A stretch of 64,000 nt of DNA, taken from positions 32,001 to 96,000 of the forward strand of contig CAWEMM010000012.1 in the NCBI GenBank assembly GCA_963810095.1, in the 5' to 3' direction. The stretch's first letter is position 1. Each line of letters opens with the position of its first letter. Source of the DNA: an uncultured Chloroflexia bacterium (lineage in GTDB: Bacteria; Chloroflexota; Anaerolineae; CG2-30-64-16). Below the pieces are notes generated by a model that had not been told where the DNA came from, did no database searches, and saw only the letters and a program-made list of their open reading frames with translations. Shown here piece after piece: positions 1 to 11,043 of the stretch. The translations under genes and the position numbers were made by a program.

Positions 1-920
1 TCGAAGAGGTGTTCGACATCTGCGACCGGATCACCGTGCTGCGCGACGGTGAGTTCGTGGGTGAGCGCGACGCAAAGACCACCTCGGTCGACGAGATCAT
101 CCGGATGATGGTTGGACGGCCCCTCAGTGCGCTGTTCGAGCGGCCGGCCGTCTTGCAGCGCGGCGAGGCTCCGCTGCTCGAGGTGCAGCATCTCTCCCGG
201 GCGATGAAGTTTGAAGACATCTCCTTCAACGTGCGGGCGGGCGAAATTGTTGGGATGGCTGGTCTGGTCGGCTCGGGACGCACGGAAGTCGCACGTGCAC
301 TATTCGGAACGCTCGTGCCCGACAGTGGCGAAATCCGCATCAACGGCGCCGTAGTGAAGATCAGGAACCCGCAGGACGCCATGGCCCGCGGCCTGATCTA
401 CCTGCCCGAGGACCGGCAAAACCACGGCCTGCTGATGCCGATGTCGATCTCCCAAAACATGACGCTGCCCGTGTTGAAGCGGCTTGCGCCCCACGGGTGG
501 CTGCACGCGGCGGTGGAGCGCCAGGTTGCGCTCCAGTATGCCGAGAAGCTGCGCATTGTGCTCCGCAGCGTCAACCAGCCGGTGCGCGAGTTGTCGGGTG
601 GCAATCAACAGAAGGTCGTCATCTCGAAATGGCTGCTCGTCGAGCCGAAGATCATGGTCCTCGACGAACCGACCCGCGGCATTGACATCGGCGCGAAAGC
701 GGAAGTGCACCGCTTGATGGGCGAGCTTGCTTCGCAGGGCATGGCGATCCTGATGATCTCCTCCGAACTACCCGAGGTGCTGGCGATGAGCGATCGAGTG
801 CTGGTGATGCGGGAGGGCCGGCTGGTGGCCCAGTTCGACCGCGAACAGGCCAACTCCGAGCGCATCATGGCGGCAGCCACGGGCCAACAAGCAGCCGCCG
901 AGCTGCCGGTGAAGGAGTAG
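1..920 (+). CDS. Sugar (rhamnose-type) ABC transporter ATP-binding protein, 5'-truncated by the window edge
   Basis: Second ABC domain with LSGGNQQKV signature, [13 protein letters not shown] and ISSELPE; upstream of two permeases, an SBP and rhaM. Confidence 0.9.
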   Translation, partial: EEVFDICDRITVLRDGEFVGERDAKTTSVDEIIRMMVGRPLSALFERPAVLQRGEAPLLEVQHLSRAMKFEDISFNVRAGEIVGMAGLVGSGRTEVARALFGTLVPDSGEIRINGAVVKIRNPQDAMARGLIYLPEDRQNHGLLMPMSISQNMTLPVLKRLAPHGWLHAAVERQVALQYAEKLRIVLRSVNQPVRELSGGNQQKVVISKWLLVEPKIMVLDEPTRGIDIGAKAEVHRLMGELASQGMAILMISSELPEVLAMSDRVLVMREGRLVAQFDREQANSERIMAAATGQQAAAELPVKE

Positions 921-923
921 CCG

Positions 924-1953
924 ATGGCGACGACATCCACCTCCATTCGGCGGCCTCCGGGGAGCGCGGGGCTGGCGATCAAGCTGGCCCGCTTCCGTGA
1001 AGTGGGCATCGTGCTCTTCCTGTTGATCATCGTGGCCGGTGCGGCGATCGTCGAGCCGCGTTTCCTCACGCTGTTCAACCTACGAAGCATCCTGCTGTGG
1101 GTGCCGTTGCTCACCGTGATTGCCATGGGTGAGATGATGGTCATCATCACCCGCGGCATCGACGTTTCGGTCGGGTCCGTCATGGGCTTCGCCGGCATCG
1201 TTGTCGGCATGATCTTTCGGGATCATCCCGGTTTCAACATCTACCTGGGCGCGGTCCTCGCGCTCCTGATCGGCGCAGCGCTCGGCTCGATCAACGGCGG
1301 ACTGGTTGCCTGGGCGAAGGTGCCGCCCATCATCACCACGCTCGGCACCCTCAGCGCATTCCGCGGCCTCACGTTCGTCGTGAGCGGCGGGCGCCAAATT
1401 GATCCGAACCACGTCCCCCGGGAGCTGATCCGCTGGTCGCAAGTGGGCCCATTCGACTTCGAGTATGCGCCCTGGGTAGTCGTCATCGCGGCTCGCGGTG
1501 ACGCTGCTGGCCTACCTGTTCCTGCGGTTCGTCCGGCTAGGACGCTACATCTATGCCTTTGGCAGCAACCCGGAAGCAGCGCAGCTGCGCGGCATCCCAG
1601 TCGCACGTACGGCGTTCACCGTGTACCTCATCACGGGTGCGATGGCCGGCCTGGCGGGCTTGCTCTATGCCTCGCGCATGGGTTTCGTCAACCCAGGCCA
1701 GACGGGCGTGGGGTTTGAACTGACAGTCATCGCCGCCGTGGTGATCGGCGGCACAAACGTGTTCGGGGGCTCGGGATCCGTCATCGGCGTGCTGCTCGGC
1801 TGCCTGCTCCTCGGCACCATTAACGTTGCGCTGGCAGTGCTGGGGATCGCGGCGACCTGGCAGCTAGCCGTCTACGGTTTCGTTATCCTGCTGGCCGTGG
1901 TGACCGACGCCATTATCCAGGCCGAGCTGCGCCGCGCAGCCACAGGGGAGTGA
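924..1953 (+). CDS. Sugar ABC transporter permease (RbsC/RhaP-like), frameshift near 1495
   Basis: ORFs 924..1718 and 1498..1953 join into one permease with [22 protein letters not shown] and [14 protein letters not shown] motifs. Confidence 0.85.
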
Positions 1954-1957
1954 TCAC

Positions 1958-3007
1958 TTGAACGACGATATTCAACACACCCCCGTACAGCTATCGTCCA
2001 AGCCGCCGCGCGGCGCCCTGCAATCGCGTGTCCGTTCGGCCCTGTCCAGGCCCGAGGCGATTACCACCGCCCTCCTGATCATCGCGTTCATCGTGGGCGC
2101 GCTCCTGTCGCCCTACTTCCTGGACCTGAACTTCCTGCTCAACAATACGTCGGTCTACGTTGAGATCGGCCTGATGGCGCTAGGGCTGACGTTCGTTATC
2201 ATCAGCAACAACATCGACCTGTCGGTTTCGAGCATCCTCGCGCTGGTCGGGTGCGTCGTGGGCGTCCTCTACTTCAACCTCAAAGTACCGATGGCGCTCG
2301 CAATCCCCATCTCGATCCTCGTCGGGGTCGGCCTGGGCTGGGTGAACGGCACCCTGATGACGCGCGTCAAGCTGCCTTCGCTCACGGTCACGCTCGGCAC
2401 GATGGCGCTCTTCCGTGGGACCGCCAACATCCTCCTGGGAGACGAGTCGCTGCCGAAGATGGCGTTCCAGGCGAAGGCAGGTTACCCGGCCTGGTTTGTG
2501 GGCGTCGACCAGTGGATGATCCCGGGCACGTTCATCCCCATGCCGCTGGTGATCTTCCTGGTCGCGGCGGTGATACTGGGCCTGCTGCTGCACCGCACGA
2601 CCTTCGGCCGGTGGGTCTACGCGATCGGGACGAACGAAGGTGCGTCGCGCTACGCGGGCATCCCGGTCGACCGCATCAAGGTCATTATCTTCTCGCTGTC
2701 GGGGCTCTTGTGTGCGTTGGCCGGCCTCATCATGGTGTCGCGGCTCGGCGTATCCCGCTATGACCACGCCCGGGGCTGGGAGCTCGATGCAATCACGGCT
2801 GTCGTGCTCGGCGGTACGAGCATCAACGGCGGCCGCGGGAGCATCTTTGGCACGGTCATGGCTTTCTTCCTCATCGTGATCCTGCGCACCGGCATGGGCG
2901 TCGCCAACGTCAAAGCCGAAAGCCAGCTGACCATCATCGGTGCGCTGCTGATCGTGTCGGTCGTGGCATCCAACTTCGCAAACCGCTTGCGGAGTTCGCC
3001 AAAGTGA
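1958..3007 (+). CDS. Sugar ABC transporter permease (RhaQ-like)
   Basis: IDLSVSS, FGRWVYAIGTNE and GWELDAITAVVLGG motifs; hydrophobic multi-TM protein. Confidence 0.9.
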   Translation: MNDDIQHTPVQLSSKPPRGALQSRVRSALSRPEAITTALLIIAFIVGALLSPYFLDLNFLLNNTSVYVEIGLMALGLTFVIISNNIDLSVSSILALVGCVVGVLYFNLKVPMALAIPISILVGVGLGWVNGTLMTRVKLPSLTVTLGTMALFRGTANILLGDESLPKMAFQAKAGYPAWFVGVDQWMIPGTFIPMPLVIFLVAAVILGLLLHRTTFGRWVYAIGTNEGASRYAGIPVDRIKVIIFSLSGLLCALAGLIMVSRLGVSRYDHARGWELDAITAVVLGGTSINGGRGSIFGTVMAFFLIVILRTGMGVANVKAESQLTIIGALLIVSVVASNFANRLRSSPK

Positions 3008-3178
3008 GTCCCCGCTGAGGATGCAGAGGCCAAGGGGAGGTGCAAGGAGGTGAATCAGCAGCAAAGCAGCGTGTCCCACGCCTCACTGGCGTAGAACTCA
3101 GCCAGCCCGGAGCTGGCATGCCAGCACAGTCGGCGATAGCGAGGCCGATCAACTACACGTGCTCAACAAGGAGGAAAG

Positions 3179-4273
3179 ATGAACGTCAAGCGGTTCGGAC
3201 TCTGGATGGCCGTCGTGGTCATCCTGAGCATGCTGCTCACCGCGTGCGCCCCTGCTGCGCAGGCACCGGCTGCCGCGACCCAAGCGCCGGCGGCGGCAAC
3301 CCAAGCACCCGCCGCTGCGGCTGGGGACAAGATCAAGATCGTCTACATCCCCAAGAACACGGGTAACCCGTACTTCGACTCGATCATCAACGGCTTCAAG
3401 AAGTCCTGTGAAGAGCAGGGCTGCGACTTCACGACCACCGCGCCTGCCACCGCCGAGGCAACCTCGCAGTTGTCCTTCGTCAAGGAACAGATCCAGCGCG
3501 GGGTGAATGTGCTCGCTATCTCGCCCAATAGCCCGGATGCACTGAACTCCGTCTTCGACGAGGCCCGCGGCAAGGGCATCAAGGTGCTGATCGTCAATTC
3601 CGATATCCCGGGGAACGAGACGCACCGCGATGCGGCCGTGCTGCCGATGGACTTCAACATCACCGGCAAGAGCCAGATCGAGCTCATGTGCTCGCTCATC
3701 GACTGCGAAGGCAAGATTGCAGTCCTTTCCGCGACGGCCGACGCTCCCGATCAGAACTTCTGGATCGAGGGGATGAAGGAGACGCTGAAGGATCCGAAGT
3801 ACAGCAAGATGCAGCTGGTCGACGTGGTCTTCGGCAACGACGACCCTCAGAAGAGCCTGACCGAGTGTGAAGGCTTGCTCTCCAAGTACCCGGATCTCCG
3901 CGGCATCATCGCCCCGACGACCGTGGGCGTCGCGGCGGCGGCGCAGTGCGTGGAATCGGCCGGCGTGTACCCGGGCGGCAAGAATGCGGTGGGCAAGGGC
4001 CTGGAAGTAACCGGCCTGGGCACCCCGAACCAGATGCGCCGCTTCGTCGACTCGGGCATCGTCAAGAAGTTCGCGCTGTGGAGCCCCTACGATGAGGGTT
4101 ACCTGTCGGGCTACCTGGCCACCGCCCTGGCGAGCGGCAAGGTGAAGCCGGCCGAGGGTGTGACCTTCGACGTGCCGAATCTCGGCCAGCGCCAGTTTGC
4201 GAAGAACAACGTCGTCATCACCGGCCCGCCGACCGTCTTCGACAAGGCCAACCTACCAAACTTCAACTTCTAG
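3179..4273 (+). CDS. Rhamnose ABC transporter substrate-binding lipoprotein (RhaS-like)
   Basis: AGGAGG RBS; lipobox LLTAC; (AT)QAPAA linker repeats; PKNTGNPYF, NFWIEGM, IIAPTTVG and GLGTPNQM motifs; next to rhaM. Confidence 0.85.
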   Translation: MNVKRFGLWMAVVVILSMLLTACAPAAQAPAAATQAPAAATQAPAAAAGDKIKIVYIPKNTGNPYFDSIINGFKKSCEEQGCDFTTTAPATAEATSQLSFVKEQIQRGVNVLAISPNSPDALNSVFDEARGKGIKVLIVNSDIPGNETHRDAAVLPMDFNITGKSQIELMCSLIDCEGKIAVLSATADAPDQNFWIEGMKETLKDPKYSKMQLVDVVFGNDDPQKSLTECEGLLSKYPDLRGIIAPTTVGVAAAAQCVESAGVYPGGKNAVGKGLEVTGLGTPNQMRRFVDSGIVKKFALWSPYDEGYLSGYLATALASGKVKPAEGVTFDVPNLGQRQFAKNNVVITGPPTVFDKANLPNFNF

Positions 4274-4288
4274 TTCCGTCGTACTGCT

Positions 4289-4317
4289 GAGGGTGGCGGG
4301 CAGTTCCCGCCACCCTC
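4289..4317 (+). terminator. Intra-operon stem-loop after the SBP gene
   Basis: GAGGGTGGCGGG-cagtt-CCCGCCACCCTC, perfect 12-bp stem with no U-tract (mRNA stabiliser or weak terminator). Confidence 0.55.
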
Positions 4318-4333
4318 GTCATTTGGAGGACGT

Positions 4334-4654
4334 ATGAAGCGCATTGGGTTCTTGCTTAAGGTCCGAGAGGAAAAGATCCCCGAATATGTGGAGCACCACA
4401 AGCACGTGTGGCCCGACATGCAGGAGGCACTGCGTCGGAACGGGTGGCACAACTACTCCCTCTTCATGCGCGACGACGGCCTGATGTTTGGCTATTTCGA
4501 AGCGCCGGTCGATTTCGCGACGGCGCTGGATGGGATGTCTCAGGAAGAGGTAAACGCCCGCTGGGGCGACTTTATGAAGCCGTTTTTCGAGGCGCCGAGC
4601 GGCCGGCCCGACGAGAACATGCTCGAATTGACCGAGGTGTTCCACCTGGACTAA
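4334..4654 (+). CDS. rhaM: L-rhamnose mutarotase
   Basis: EYVEHHKHVWP, NYSLF, VNARW and EVFHLD motifs; GGAGG RBS. Confidence 0.9.
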   Translation: MKRIGFLLKVREEKIPEYVEHHKHVWPDMQEALRRNGWHNYSLFMRDDGLMFGYFEAPVDFATALDGMSQEEVNARWGDFMKPFFEAPSGRPDENMLELTEVFHLD

Positions 4655-4755
4655 AGGACTCTCAGTATCATCATGTGGGCTGGCGCCGGTCTTCGACCGT
4701 GCCCCTGGCGGGCGGCGTCCTCATGCAGGGCGGCCGCCCGCCCCGCTGGCTGGCG

Positions 4756-6239
4756 TCAGGCCTTCTGGGCGGACACAGCCAGGCTGTAGACGTCCACACC
4801 CTCGAGTTGGCCGCCGCTCAGGCTGCGCTTGCCGGCGACATCTACGAACCCTGCCTGTCGCACGAGATCCAGGTACTCCTGCTCGGGCAGCGCGCCGTTG
4901 ATGCAGCCCGCCCACATCTGCGGGTCGCCGCGCACGCTCATGGGCAGCGGACCGGCCGTCACCATGTCGCTGATGCTCAAGCGGCCGCCCGGCTTCAGCA
5001 CCCGGTAGGCTTCCTCGAAGACGCGGCCCTTGTCTTCCGCCAGGTTGATCACGCAGTTAGAGAGGATCACGTCGACCGTGCCATCTTCCACCGGCATCTC
5101 TTCCGCCTGGCCGAGCCGGAACTCGACCTGCTTCAGCCCGGCCTCCGCCGCGTTGCGCCGGGCACGCTCGATCATCGACGGGGTCATGTCCAGCCCGATC
5201 ACCCTGCCCGCCGGGCCCAACCCGACGGGCCGCGTAAAGCGCGTCGATCCCCGCGCCGCTGCCGATGTCGAGGACCGTCTCGCCCGGCCGCAGCGATGCC
5301 ATCGCGGTCGGATTACCGCAGCCGAGCGACATGTTCGCCGCGTCCAGGGGCACCGCGGCCAATTGCTCGGCGGTGTAGCCCGTGTCGTACAGCACCAGGT
5401 CCGCCTGGCCCGTCTCGACCAGTTCCATCGCGTGTGACGTGGGCGAACGGCAACTGCTCGATGCACGCGCCGCTCGCTGGCGAGCCGCTCTCGGATGTTG
5501 AGCAACAGCTGCTTTGCGCCGTCGTCGAGCCACAGCAGCCACTCTCGGCCAGCGCGCCGTAGCTGGCCTGCACCGCGGCTCGCCGCGCCGCTCACCCGCC
5601 GGCTCCCCGTGGCAACGAAAATGCTCGATATCCGCCATCGTCTCACCTTGCCGGCTCTGCGAACTCGAACTGCACGTCTGCCGAGTGGCGTCCACGATGA
5701 CGTTAACCAGGCCGGCCGCCCTGAACCAGCCGCGCACGGTCGGAGCGCTCGAAGCCGAGCCAGACGTCCGCCATCTCGTCGCGCAGCCAGGCGTGCTCGT
5801 GCCGGTCCATGTCCGTGATCACCAGCCGGCCGCCCGGCTTGAGCACCCGGACCATCTCCTTGATCGACGCCTCGGGATCGGGACAGTGATGGAGGTACAT
5901 GTTGGCGAAGACCGCGTCCAGCGACGCATCGTCGAACGGCAGCGCCGCGCCGTCGGCCAGCCGCTGCTCGACGTTGTCGAACGCCGGCCAGGTTCTGCTG
6001 TGCCGGCCTCCAGCATGGCGGCCGATCGCGTCGACCGCGTAAACTTTCGCCACCAGCGGCGCCAGGCCCGCCGCGACGAACCCGGTGCCCGAGCCGACGT
6101 CGGCCACGACCATGTCGGGCCGCAGGTAAGCCCGCGCAATCGCCGCGTCGCGCACCGCATCGCCGAAAATAACCTGGTTCGCAGCGATATCCCACTCGCC
6201 CGCGACCCGCTCGAAATACTCGGCCGACGCCTAAGTCAT
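4756..6239 (-). CDS. arsM: Arsenite S-adenosylmethionine methyltransferase with an N-terminal extra class I methyltransferase domain (several frameshifts)
   Basis: Reconstructed across frames: N-domain [35 protein letters not shown]; Cys-rich linker GCCG..SCC; C-domain [36 protein letters not shown] (ArsM motifs). Confidence 0.8.
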
Positions 6240-6367
6240 CGCTCATCCTTCGTAGCCTGTCATGGCACATGCTCCTCTGCTGAAATGATGCGCAGGAACA
6301 AGTCTCTCCAACGCCAGCCCAGACGCACTCGTCAGGGCTCACGCGAAACCCGCTCCTGCAGCGGTTC

Positions 6368-6383
6368 ATCGTATTTTTACGAT
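6368..6383. promoter_or_regulatory. Palindromic operator ATCGT-N6-ACGAT upstream of arsM
   Basis: ATCGTATTTTTACGAT; same box as the two upstream of arsR at 6851-6885; overlaps a possible minus-strand TTGGCC-N17-TACGAT promoter. Confidence 0.7.
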
Positions 6384-6430
6384 CATTGTCGGCCAAAAAA
6401 GAGCTGCTCCCGGGGACGGCTGACTCGCGC

Positions 6431-6828
6431 CTACTGGCCGCGCCTGCGACCCATGGCGCGTCCAGCCTCGATCGAGCGGCGCAATCCGGATGCTCGACTC
6501 GCAGCAGCCCGGCAGCCAACCCTCGATTTGCTCCTTCAGCCAGCGCACGCCCGCCTCGCTGAGGCAGTAGCAGGTGGCCGGCCCCTCGAACTCACCCTCG
6601 ATCAGCCCCGCCTCGCGCAGCACTTTGAGATGCTGGCTCACCGTGGACTGGGCCAGCGGCGTCGTCGTCGACGATCTCCTGCGTGATACAGGTCTTGCGC
6701 TCGGCAAGCGTCTGCATGATCCGAAAGCGAATGGGATTGCCGAGCGCCTTGAGCATCGACACGAGCCGCTCTTCGTCTGCGGTGCTGGGCCGCTCCTGAA
6801 GCGTGATACTTGCTCCATGCTTGCGCAT
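6431..6828 (-). CDS. arsR: ArsR/SmtB family repressor (frameshifted; ends approximate)
   Basis: KALGNPIRFRI, TCIT, LAQSTVSQHLKVLREAGLI, ATCYCL and C-terminal GCC. Confidence 0.85.
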
Positions 6829-6850
6829 CCCCTTCCGACCCATTTGCTAC

Positions 6851-6904
6851 ATCGTATCCTTACGATGATATCGTCTTTATACGATATAATGCGTGATTTG
6901 TCAA
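6851..6904 (-). promoter_or_regulatory. Sigma70 promoter with two tandem ArsR-type operators
   Basis: Minus strand TTGACA (6904-6899)-17 nt-TATAAA (6881-6876); palindromes ATCGTATCCTTACGAT (6851-6866) and ATCGTCTTTATACGAT (6870-6885). Confidence 0.8.
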
Positions 6905-7332
6905 GCCCCCAATTTCGCGTTTTGCCAAAAACTCGGTGACCCGGCAGCGCAATGTCGTCTCGCACGCGGCGGAAGACGGCCAGCACCTCATCCTCGCTGC
7001 CCGATCGCCTTGGCCGGGTCTGGAAAGCCCAGGTGCACCCGCCGGCCCTGCCCCAGCCAGACCGGGCAGTTCTCGGCTGCATCGTCGCACACCGTCACGA
7101 CGAGGTCGAACGGCACGGTCCGGAACTCGTCTGCACTCTTCGAGCGGCCATCGTGCTCGATGCCGATCTCGCGAAGCGCCAGCAGCGCCAACGGATGAAC
7201 GTAGCCCGCCGGCTGCGTGCCCGCACTGTAAGCCTCCCACACGTCGCCCAGCCGGGCATTGACGATCGCTTCTGCAATCTGGCTGCGGCACGAGTTGCCG
7301 GTGCATAAAAAGAGGACTCGCCGCTTATCCAT
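6900..7332 (-). CDS. arsC: Arsenate reductase, LMW-PTPase/thioredoxin type (3' frameshifts, end approximate)
   Basis: VLFLCTGNSCRSQIAE P-loop, VTVCDDAAENCP resolving cysteines, FPDPA. Confidence 0.9.
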
Positions 7333-7827
7333 CTTGCTCCGTCTCCGCAACGCAAGGTGCCGGCCGGCTTTTGAATAACGATCAGAGGCTCTACAATAAT
7401 CTGCGCTCTTCACCGAATTGGCGACGAGGCTGTACTTCTGGGCAGAGGCGAGCGCCTTGCAGCACCCGGCGTTCCGTGCGAAGCGCTGTCGCCGCCAGCA
7501 TCCGTCCGCACCGTAATCTGCGGTCGGAAGTGGAGTTCGCTGAAGATCTCCGTCCGGTCGATCTCGATCTTCTTCGTCCCATCCGCTCGGCAGCGGTAAT
7601 CCACGAGATCGATCTTGAACCGCTCGCACGCCCACAAGAACATCAGCATGATGCAGGTGTTTGCGGCAGCCACGAACGCGTCTTCCGGCGTGAGCACGTC
7701 CGCTCTGCCCGTGCGCGTCCGGAGGGCGCTGAGAAAACCATCTCCGGGCCATTCCCGAGGACGAGGTGGCCCGAGTGTCCGCCGCGCCATTCGACGTCCG
7801 TGCGATACGTTCGCGGTCTTAGCTCAT
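7325..7827 (-). CDS. OsmC/Ohr-like protein (frameshifted)
   Basis: Reconstructed YRTDVEW..FSAPP..TPEDAFVAAANTC..AQKYSLVANSVK; first OsmC Cys present, second usual Cys position reads Ser. Confidence 0.65.
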
Positions 7828-8569
7828 GGCGCCGGCCCTCGCGCTCTGAGCGCTGCGCGCAGTACGCCTGCCATGCCAGCCCGACCGCCTGCGAATACCA
7901 TGCTTCATCCTCCGCGGCCACGTCGTTGTACACCTGCGCGGTCTGCCAGATCTACGGCGGGCAGGCCGGCGTCCGCGCGCAGCCCTTGTTTGTAGCGCCA
8001 TTTCCAGGATCGGTTCGAGAGCCATGATCGTAGCCGTGCGGCCGTCCAACTCGACCGTGGTCACGGGGATTCCCGATCCGCAGGCGCACGCCGAAGTGCT
8101 GACGCTTTTCGGCGGCCGGGTCTCGCTTCCAGGAGCGCGCCGGCTGTCCGGCTCCAGCGGGCTGCAATCAGCCGATCGACTTCCGCAGCGACCGCGCCGG
8201 CCAGGGCTTCGACGACCGCCCGGCTTTCGGGCGTCAGGCGGCGCAGCCCTTCCGGCTGTGGCAGCCCACGCTCTGCCGCGAACTCGTCCACGACGAACGC
8301 GGCGGCGGGCGCGTTGCTGTAGCGTTCGGTCGCCGCGGGCGGCGCACCGCTTCTCGCAGCCGTCCACCGCGATCGTCGGGTAGAACCTGGCGAAGGCGCG
8401 GTCGCCCTCGCCGCCCGCCAGGAAGAGGGGCAGGCAGATGGTTACGGTCTGGTCGGGCCGCAAGCCCTCGAGCACCCGGAGCGCGGCCTGCCGGGTTACC
8501 ATGCCCGCCGGGCAGTTCCTCGCCGGAACAGGCGATGACGCCGACTTTGCGGCTCGGAAGACTAGGCAT
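7819..8569 (-). CDS. DGC-domain (putative Zn-binding) protein with a C-terminal CAC-containing extra domain (frameshifted)
   Basis: IACSG, TICLP, IAVDGCEKRCA, then CACGSGIPV...YNDV...Y domain. Confidence 0.7.
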
Positions 8570-9014
8570 GGTCGGCTCCCTGCTCCGGCGTGCCGGGGCT
8601 TAGCGCCGCATCCACCGCGCCCACGACTTCCTCCGCCAGCGCCCGCGCCAGCGCCAGGCCGCCCTCATTCAGCTCGGCAATCCCCGCGGGCTTTAAGGTT
8701 CGATTGCGCCGGAACGTATCCAGCACCGTGAACTCCTGCGCCACCGTGCCGCCCGACGCGCGCTACCAGCTTGCGTTGCGCAGGCCAGCTTGCAACCGTC
8801 CAGTGTCACGACGGGCGCGGTCCTGCAACGCGGCGCGGCCTGCTTCATCGCCCAGAACCAGCAGCGACAAGCGGCACGATCGCGGTGGTTTCGCGGCCGC
8901 AGTTCGTCAATCACGATGTACGCGGCTTCCCGCGTCACTGCGCCGTACGCCTTGCCGATCCCGCTGCACGGCACGATGCAGACCGGCGCGCGGCGCCGCC
9001 GTTGTCTCGCTCAT
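8562..9014 (-). CDS. DGC-domain (putative Zn-binding) protein (frameshifted)
   Basis: PCSGIGKAYGAVTREAAY and VTLDGCKLACAT. Confidence 0.7.
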
Positions 9015-9467
9015 CGATTCTCCCTCGGCTTCGGCCTGCGATCCGGGCGACCGCGAGGTAGGCTTCGGCGTCCAGCAGTCCGGAGACCGGCCACCGGGCG
9101 GGCCGCAGCTCGATGAGCCAGCCTTCGTCGTAGGGGCTGCTGATTGATCAAGCTCGGGCGCATCGGCGAGCGCGGCGTTGGTTGCGACGACCTCGACCCG
9201 CGAACGGCGCCGGAACGGCAAGGTCGACTTTGATGGTCTCGACATTCGCCAGGTCGTCCTCCGCTTCGACGGCGTTACCGACATCAGGCAGTTCCACGAA
9301 CGCGACGTCGCCGCTGGACTGCTGGCGAAAGTCGCGTCAGGCCCACCCGGGCCGCATCCCGTGCCGGGATCATAGTCGACCCACACGCCGGCAGCGGTGT
9401 ACAGGTAGCCGGACCGCACCCGAAAGATGAACTTGTCGACCCGGAACTCAAGGTCATGACCGTTCAT
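9011..9467 (-). CDS. Glycine cleavage H-like lipoyl-carrier protein (frameshifted)
   Basis: Reconstructed [36 protein letters not shown]...PEL.N..PY..GWLIEL; lipoyl-Lys in ETIK. Confidence 0.75.
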
Positions 9468-10657
9468 TCTCGTCTCCTTGCCGTGGACCCGCTCGTGGCC
9501 GCGATCATCAGGCGCGGCCCGGTCGCACGGGCGGCGGACAGGCCTCTTCGGCAGCCGCCGTCATGCCGGCAGGCGCGGGCGGCCAACTCGCTCTTGAACC
9601 ACCGGCGCTGCAGCGCGAACGCCACATTGACCAGCGCGATCATGACGGGCACTTCGATCAACGGGCCGATCACGGCCGCAAACGCCTCGCCCGAGGTGAT
9701 GCCGAACACGGCGATCGCGACGGCGATGGCGAGCTCGAAGTTGTTGCTCGCAGCCGTGAAGGACATAGTCGCCGTCATCTTGTAGTTCGCACCTGCGCGA
9801 CGCCCCATCCAGAACGTGACCATGAACATGATCACGAAGTAGAGCACCAACGGGATCGCGATCCGGACGACATCCAGCGGCTGGTTGATGATCTGCTTAC
9901 CCTGCAGGCTGAACATCACGATGATGGTGAAGAGCAGGGCAACCAGCGTAATCGGGCTGATGCGGGGGATGAACTTCGTCTCGTACCACTCCCGGCCCTT
10001 AAGCCGCAACAGGATGAAGCGCGACCCGAAGCCCGCGATCATGGGGATGCCCAGGTAGATGAAGACGGTCCGCGCCAGCTCGCCGATGCTGATCTGCACC
10101 GTGGCGCTCTCCAGCCCCAGCGCCTGCGGCAGGACGGTGATGAAGATGTAGGCATAGACGCTGTAAAAGAGCACCTGGAAGACGCTGTTGAACGCGACCA
10201 GGCCGGCCGCGTACTCGGTGTCGCCCTTGGCCAGCTCGTTCCAGACGATGACCATGGCGATGCAGCGCGCGAGGCCGATGAGGATCAGACCGGTCATGTA
10301 CTCCTGGTTGTAGCCGGCCAGGAAGATGACGGCCAGCACAAACATCAGGATCGGGCCGATGATCCAGTTTTGTACGAGCGACATGCCCAGGACCCTCGTG
10401 TTGCGGAAGACCTCGGGCAGCCGTTCGTACTTCACCTTGGCGAACGGCGGGTACATCATCAGGATGAGGCCGATGGCGATCAGGATGTTCGTGGTGCCGA
10501 TCTGGAACTTGTTGATGAGGCCTTCGAAGCCGGGGATCAGGTAGCCGATGGCGACGCCGAGGGCCATGGCGGCAAAGATCCAGAGGGTCAGGAAACGGTC
10601 CAGCGTTGAGAGCCGTTTCGGGCGGCGGGCGCGGCTGCAACTGCCGATGTGAGTCAT
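9464..10657 (-). CDS. acr3: Arsenite efflux permease Acr3
   Basis: [44 protein letters not shown] and GPLIEVP motifs. Confidence 0.95.
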   Translation of the reverse strand: MTHIGSCSRARRPKRLSTLDRFLTLWIFAAMALGVAIGYLIPGFEGLINKFQIGTTNILIAIGLILMMYPPFAKVKYERLPEVFRNTRVLGMSLVQNWIIGPILMFVLAVIFLAGYNQEYMTGLILIGLARCIAMVIVWNELAKGDTEYAAGLVAFNSVFQVLFYSVYAYIFITVLPQALGLESATVQISIGELARTVFIYLGIPMIAGFGSRFILLRLKGREWYETKFIPRISPITLVALLFTIIVMFSLQGKQIINQPLDVVRIAIPLVLYFVIMFMVTFWMGRRAGANYKMTATMSFTAASNNFELAIAVAIAVFGITSGEAFAAVIGPLIEVPVMIALVNVAFALQRRWFKSELAARACRHDGGCRRGLSAARATGPRLMIAATSGSTARRRE

Positions 10658-10966
10658 GTTGCTCTCTCCTTGACTCGATGAAGGCCTGATTTGCCGAGCG
10701 CCGTCAGTTGGCGTCCGCCTGCAAGGACGTTGGCCAGCATGGTCACGATCTGCTCGGGTGACGGGCACCCGGCCGCCGCTGAGCAGCTGGTCGTTGACGA
10801 CCAGGCCGGGCGTGGCGAGCAAGTCGTAACGCTGGTACTCGTCCGGCGTCGCCGCTCTTCTCGAAGGTCGCGTCGACGCCGAGTTGCGCGACGCCTGCTT
10901 CGCATTCTGCGCCAGCCGGTCACAGTTGGCGCAGCCGCCGCCTAGAATCTTGATGTGCAGGGTCAT
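10654..10966 (-). CDS. Small thioredoxin-like redox-active disulfide protein (MTH895-like), frameshifted
   Basis: [19 protein letters not shown] and GGRVPS motifs; merged with acr3 in the ORF track by indels. Confidence 0.8.
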
Positions 10967-11043
10967 GTCGCAAGCCTCCGTAACAAGGATGATAGATAGT
11001 GGCGAGAGCCCCGTCTCGCATTGAGCGGGGCCGCGTCAGCAGG

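Noticed and set aside
3250-3325. Ala/Pro/Thr repeats in lipoproteins (also 52300-52420)
   Set aside because: Ordinary flexible tethers after the lipobox.
6231-6233. In-frame TAG at codon 3 of the methyltransferase as pyrrolysine or recoding
   Set aside because: Non-catalytic position in an error-rich stretch and no pyl genes in the window; probably a miscalled CAG.
9011-9467. Canonical glycine cleavage system gene gcvH
   Set aside because: No gcvT/gcvP nearby and the gene is coupled to acr3, so it is left as GcvH-like without a symbol.
9464-10966. Thioredoxin-Acr3 fusion (500-aa ORF), and the apparent DGC-OsmC and OsmC-ArsC fusions nearby
   Set aside because: Each downstream gene has its own RBS and overlapping start/stop pattern; the joins arise from frameshifts.
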